From assembly GCA_964016885.1 (NCBI GenBank), contig OZ024760.1:29760001-29824000 (forward strand): a DNA stretch of 64,000 nucleotides, given 5' to 3'. The notes below the pieces were generated by a model. That model was not told the DNA's origin, did no database searches, and was given only the letters and a program-made list of their open reading frames with translations. Position 1 is the first letter of the stretch; each line of letters opens with the position of its first letter. Source of the stretch: Eledone cirrhosa. Lineage: Eukaryota. This document shows, in pieces, positions 58,701 to 64,000 of the stretch. Made by a program: the position numbers and the translations under genes.

Positions 58701-59600
58701 GTAACTTAATGTAATGTAATGTGTAATGTAATGTAATGTAATGTAATGTAATGTAATGCGTAATGTAATGTAATGTAATGTAATGTAATGTAATGTAATG
58801 TAATGTAATGTGTAATGTAATGTAATGTAATGTGTAATATAATGTAATGTAATGTAATGTAGTGTGTAATGTAATGTAAGGTATTGTGTAATGTAATGTA
58901 ATGTGTAATGTAATGTAATGTAATGTAATATGTAATGTAATGTAATGTAATGTAATGTAATGCGTAATGTAATGTAATGTAATATAATGTAATGTGTAAT
59001 GTAATGTGTAACGTAATGTAATGTAATGTGTAATGTAATGTAATGTAATGTAATGTGTAATGTAATGTAATGTAATGTAATGTAATGTAATGTAATGTAA
59101 TGTAATGTAATGTAATGTGTAATGTAATGTAATGTAATGTAATGTGTAATCTAATGTAATGTAATGTAATGTAATGTAATGTAATGTAATGTGTAATGTA
59201 ATGTGTAATGTAATGTAATGTAATGTAATGTGTAATGTAATGTAATGTAACGTGTAATGTAATGTAATGTAATGTAATGTGTAATGTAATGTAATGTAAT
59301 GTAATGTAATGTGTAATGTAATGTAATGTAATGTAATGTGTAATGTAATGTAATGTAATGTAGTGTGTAATGTAATGTAATGTAATGTAATGTAATGTAA
59401 TGTAATGTAATGTACTGTAATGTGTAATGTAATGTAATGTAATGTGTAATGTAATGTAATGTAATATAATGTAATGTAATGTGTAATGTAATGTAATGTA
59501 ATGTAATGTAATGTGTAATGTGTAATGTAATGTAATGTAATGTAGTGTGTAATGTAATGTAATGTAATGTAATATAATGTAATGTAACGTAATGTAATGT
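55780..59600. repeat. Distinct sub-array with ~1.77-1.79 kb duplication and private variant motifs
   Basis: TTAAATG at 55826/57591, GTAGCG near 55965 and 57752, and AAAGTAACTTAATG at 56031, 56936, 57215, 57818 and 58698. Confidence 0.8.
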
Positions 59601-60761
59601 AATGTAATGTAATGTAATGTAATGTAATGTAATATAATATAATGCGTAATGTAATGTAATGTAATGTAATGTAATGTGTAATTTAATGTAATGTAATGTA
59701 ATGTAATGTAACGTAATTTAATGTAATGTAATGTAATGTAATGTAATTTGTAATGTAATGTAATGTAATGTGTAAAGTAATGTAATGGAAAGTGTAATGT
59801 AATGTAATGTCGTGTAATGTGTAATGTAATGGAAAGTGTAATGTAATGTAATGTCGTGTAATGTGTAATGTAGTGTAATGTAATGTAATGTAATGTAATG
59901 TAATGTAATGTGTAATGTAATGTAATGTAATGTAATGTAAAGTAATATATGTAATGTAATGTAATGTAATGTAAAGTAATATATGTAATGTAATGTAATG
60001 TAATGTAATCTAATGTAATGTAATGTGTAATGTAATGTAATGTAACGTAATGTAATGTGTAATGTAATGTAATGTGTAATGTAATGTAATGTAATGTGTA
60101 ATGTGTAATGTAATGTAATGTAATGTAATGTGTAATGTAATGTAATATAATGTGTAATGTAATGTAATGTAATATAATGTAATGTAATGTAATGTAATGT
60201 AATGTAATGTAATGTAATGTAATGTAATGTAATGTAACGTGTAATGTAATGTAATGTAATGTAATGTAATGTGTAAGGTAATGTAATGTAATGTAATGTA
60301 ATGTAATGTAATGTGTAATGTGTTATGTAATGTAATGTAATGTGTAATGTAATGTAATGTAATGTGTAATGTAATGTAATGTAATGTGTAATGTAATGTA
60401 ATGTAATGTAATGAAATGTAATGTAATGTAATGTGTAATGTAATGTAATGTAATGTAGTGTGTAATGTAATGTAATGTAATGTAATGTGTAATGTAATGT
60501 AATGTAATGTAATGTGTAATGTAATGTAACGTAATGCAATGTAATGTGTAATGTAATGTAATGTAATGTAATGTGTAATGTAATGTAATGTGTAATGTAA
60601 TATAATGTAACGTAATATAATGTAATGTGTAATGAAATGTAATGTAATGTAATGTAATGTAATGTGTAATGTAATGTAATGTAATGTAATGTGTAATTTA
60701 ATGTAACGTAATGTGTAATGTAATGTAATCAAATGTAATGTAATGTGTAATGTAATGTAAT

Positions 60762-60946
60762 TGTTTCTACTTTAGGCACAAGGCCAGCAATTACCCAGTG
60801 CATTACTGGTACTTTATTTTATCGACCCCGTAAGGATGAAAGGCAAAGTCAACCTCGGCGGGATTTGAACTCAGATCGTAAAGGGACGTAACTATGCTGG
60901 AAAACATGGCGTCCGACCCTCTACCGATACTGCCAATCCACCACCC
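60762..60946 (-). mobile_element. SINE copy 11 (lineage B, full length, independent insertion with 19 bp TSD)
   Basis: Carries CTACTTTAGGCACAAGGCCAGC, GAAAGGC and CTCGGCGGG variants. It is flanked by ATGTGTAATGTAATGTAAT at 60743-60761 and 60947-60965. Confidence 0.92.
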
Positions 60947-61213
60947 ATGTGTAATGTAATGTAATGTAATGTAATGTGTAAGGTAATGTAATGTAATGTA
61001 ATGTGTAATGTAATGTAATGTAATGTGTAATGTAATGTAATGTAATGTGTAATGTAATGTAATGTAATTTGTAATGTACTGTAATCTAATGTAATGTAAT
61101 GTAATGTAATGTAATGTGTAATGTAATGTAATGTAATGGAATGTGTAATGTAATGTGTAATGTAATGTAATGTAATGTCTAATGTGATGTAATGTATTGT
61201 AATGTAATGTAAT

Positions 61214-61397
61214 TGTTTCTAATTTAGGAACAAGGGCAGCAATTACCCTGTGCATTACTGGTACTTTATTTTATCTACCCCATAAGGATGAAAAGCAAAG
61301 TCAACCTCGGTGGGATTTGAACTCAGATCGTAAAAGGACGTAACTATGCTGGAAAGCATGGCGTCCGACCCTCTACCGATACTGCCAATCCACCGCC
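61214..61397 (-). mobile_element. SINE copy 12 (lineage A, undeleted form, 184 bp)
   Basis: Has lineage A flanks and shares AGGAAC, CCCATAAGG and the upstream GTGATGTAATGTATTG with copy 9. Confidence 0.9.
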
Positions 61398-64000
61398 GTT
61401 TGTAATGTAATGTGTAATGTAATGTAATGTAATGAAAATGTAATGTAATGTGTAATGTAATGTGTAATGTAATGTAATGTGTAATGTAATGTAATGTAAT
61501 GTAATGTAATGTAATGTGTAATGTAATGTAATTTAATGTAATGTAATGAAATGTAATGTTTAATATAGTGTAATGTAATGTAATGTAATGTAATGTAATG
61601 TTTAATGTAATGTAATGTAATGTAATGTAATCTTTAATGTAATGTAATGTAATGTAATGTAATTTAATGTGTAATGTAATGTAATGTAATGTAAAGTAAT
61701 GTAGTGTAATGTAATGAAATGTAATGTAATGTGTAATGTAATGTAATGTAATGTAATGTAATGTAACATGTAATGTAATGTAATGTAATGTAATGTGTAA
61801 TATAATGTAATGTAATGTAATGTAGTGTGTAATGTAATGTAAGGTAATGTGTAATGTAATGTAATGTGTAATGTAATGTAATGTAATGTAATATGTAATG
61901 TAATGTAATGTTATGTAATGTAATGTAATGTAATGTGTAATGTAATGTAATGTAATGTAATGTAATGTAATGAGTAATGTAATGTGTAACGTAATGTAAT
62001 GTAATGTAATGTGTAATGTAATGTAATGTAATGTGTAATGTAATGTAATGTAATGTAATGTAATGTAATGTAATGTAATGTGTAATGTAATGTAATGTAA
62101 TGTAACGTGTAATGTAATGTAATGTAATGTAATGTAATGTAATGTAATGTGTAATGTAATGTAATGTGTAATGTAATGTAATGTAATGTAATGTGTAATG
62201 TAATGTAATGTAACATGTAATGTAATGTAATGTAATGTAATGTAATGTGTAATGTAATGTAATGTAACGTAATGTAATGTGTAATGTAATGTAATGTAAT
62301 GTAATATAATGTAATGTAATGTAATGTGTAATGTAATGTTATGTAATGTAGTGTGTAATGTAATGTAATGTAATGTAATGTAATGTACTGTAATGTGTAA
62401 TGTAATGTAATGTAATGTGTAACGTAATGTAATGTAATATAATGTAATGTAATGTGTAATGTAATGTAATGTAATGTAATGTGTAATGTAATGTAATGTA
62501 GTGTGTAATGTAATGTAATGTAATATAATGTAATGTAACGTAATGTAATGTAATGTAATGTAATGTAATGTAAGGTAAGGTAATGTAATATAATATAATG
62601 CGTAATGTAATGTAATGTAATGTAATGTGTAATGAAATGTAATGTAATGTAATGTAACGTAATTTAATGTAATGTAATGTAATGTAATTTGTAATGTAAT
62701 GTAATGTAATGTGTAAAGTAATGTAATGGAAAGTGTAATGTAATGTAATGTAATGTAATGTCATGTAATGTGTAATGTAATGTGTAATGTAATGTAATGT
62801 AATGTAAAGTAATATATGTAATGTAATGTAATGTAATGTAATGTAAAGTAATATATGTAATGTAATGTAATGTAATGTAATCTAATGTAATGTAATGTAA
62901 TGTGTAATGTAATGTAATGTAATGTAATGTAATGTGTAATGTAATGTAATGTGTAATGTAATGTAATGTAATGTAATGTAATGTAATGTAATGTAATGTA
63001 ATCTAATGTAACGTAATGTAATGTGTAATGTAATGTAATGTAATGTAATGTAATGTAATGTGTAATGTAATGTAATGTAATGTAATGTAATGTAATGTGT
63101 AATGTAATGTAATGTAATGTAATGTAACGTGTAATGTAATGTAATGTAATGTAATGTGTAATGTAATGTAATGTAATGTAATGTGTAATGTAATGTAGTG
63201 TAATGTAATGTAATGTAATGTAATGTAATGTAATGTAATGTAATGTGTAATGTAATGTAATGTAATGTAATGTAATGTGTAATGTAATGTAATGTAATGT
63301 AATGTATAATTTAATGTAATGTAATGTAATGTGTAATGTAATGTAATGTAATGTAATGTGTAATGTAATGTAATGTAATGTAATGTGTAATGTAATGTAA
63401 TGTAATGTAATGTAATGTGTAATGTAATGTAATGTAATGTAATGTGTAATGTAATGTAGTGTGTAATGTAAGGTAATGTAATGTAGTGTGTAATGTAATG
63501 TAATGTAATGTGTAATGTAATGTGTAATGTAATGTAATGTAATGTAATATAACGTGTAATGTAATGTAATGTGTAATGTAATGTAATGTAATGTAATGTA
63601 ATGTAATGTAATTTAATGTAATGTAATGTAATGTGTAATGTAATGTAATGTGTAATGTAATGTAATGTAATGTAATGTAATGTGTAATGTAATGTAATGT
63701 AATGTAATGTAATGTAATGTAATGTAATGTAATGTAATGTGTAATGTAATGTAATGTAATGTAATGTGTAATGTAGTGTAGTGTAATATAATGTAATGTA
63801 ATGTAATGTAATGTAATGTAATGTGTAATGTAATGTGTAATGTAATGTAATGTAATGTAATATATGTAATGTAATGTAATGCAATGTAATGTAATGTAAT
63901 GTGTAATGTAATGTAATGTAATGTGTAATGTAATGTAATGTAATGTAATGTAATGTAATGTAATGTGTAATGTAATCTAATGTGTAATGTAAAGTAATGT

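Larger units (their letters stand above)
1..64000. repeat. (TAATG)n / (CATTA)n pentanucleotide satellite array with TAATGTG and point-variant monomers, extending beyond both window ends
   Basis: Continuous TAATG tandem repeats from the first to the last base in a single orientation. Variants include TAATGTG, TAATA, TAACG, TAATT, TAGTG, TAATC, TAAAG and TAAGG. It is interrupted only by SINE copies. Confidence 0.99.

Noticed and set aside
60803-61255. ORF with a non-repetitive C-terminus (GWWIGSIGRGSDAM...FHPYGVDKIKYQ) and MHRVIAALVPKLETI or MLPKLETI N-termini on other ORFs
   Set aside because: These are chance translations through SINE sequence, not a protein domain.
125-63884. Dozens of minus-strand ORFs up to 617 aa of (HYITL)n
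   Set aside because: (CATTA)n has no stop codon in any frame, so long ORFs are inevitable. Many starts are alternative codons in variant monomers, and TG indels shift frame freely. There is no evidence of coding.
1-64000. CRISPR-like array of repeats and spacers
   Set aside because: The inserts are near-identical to each other rather than unique spacers, spacing is kb-scale and irregular, and no cas genes are present.
1-64000. Canonical telomere array
   Set aside because: TAATG lacks the G-runs of TTAGGG or TTAGG type repeats, shows kb-scale higher-order duplication, and no chromosome end is visible.

Overview
The window is non-coding eukaryotic satellite DNA. It is one uninverted (TAATG)n pentamer array (minus strand (CATTA)n) with a frequent TAATGTG 7-mer variant, organised into kb-scale higher-order duplications (periods about 1.3, 1.8, 2.0, 3.2, 3.5, 4.83 and 6.46 kb). 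The only complex sequence is a ~184 bp tRNA-derived SINE with Pol III A and B boxes, present as 12 full-length copies and one 44 bp 3' fragment. All copies lie on the minus strand and all join the array at ...TAAT|TGTTTC. Flank and variant analysis resolves them into at least 4 independent insertions, three with 17-19 bp target-site duplications that are readable through variant monomers. One insertion was then amplified to 10 copies along with the satellite. This suggests a satellite-targeting (microhomology-primed) SINE. From memory the element resembles octopus/cephalopod SINEs, but this was not verified. All listed ORFs are artefacts of translating (CATTA)n.
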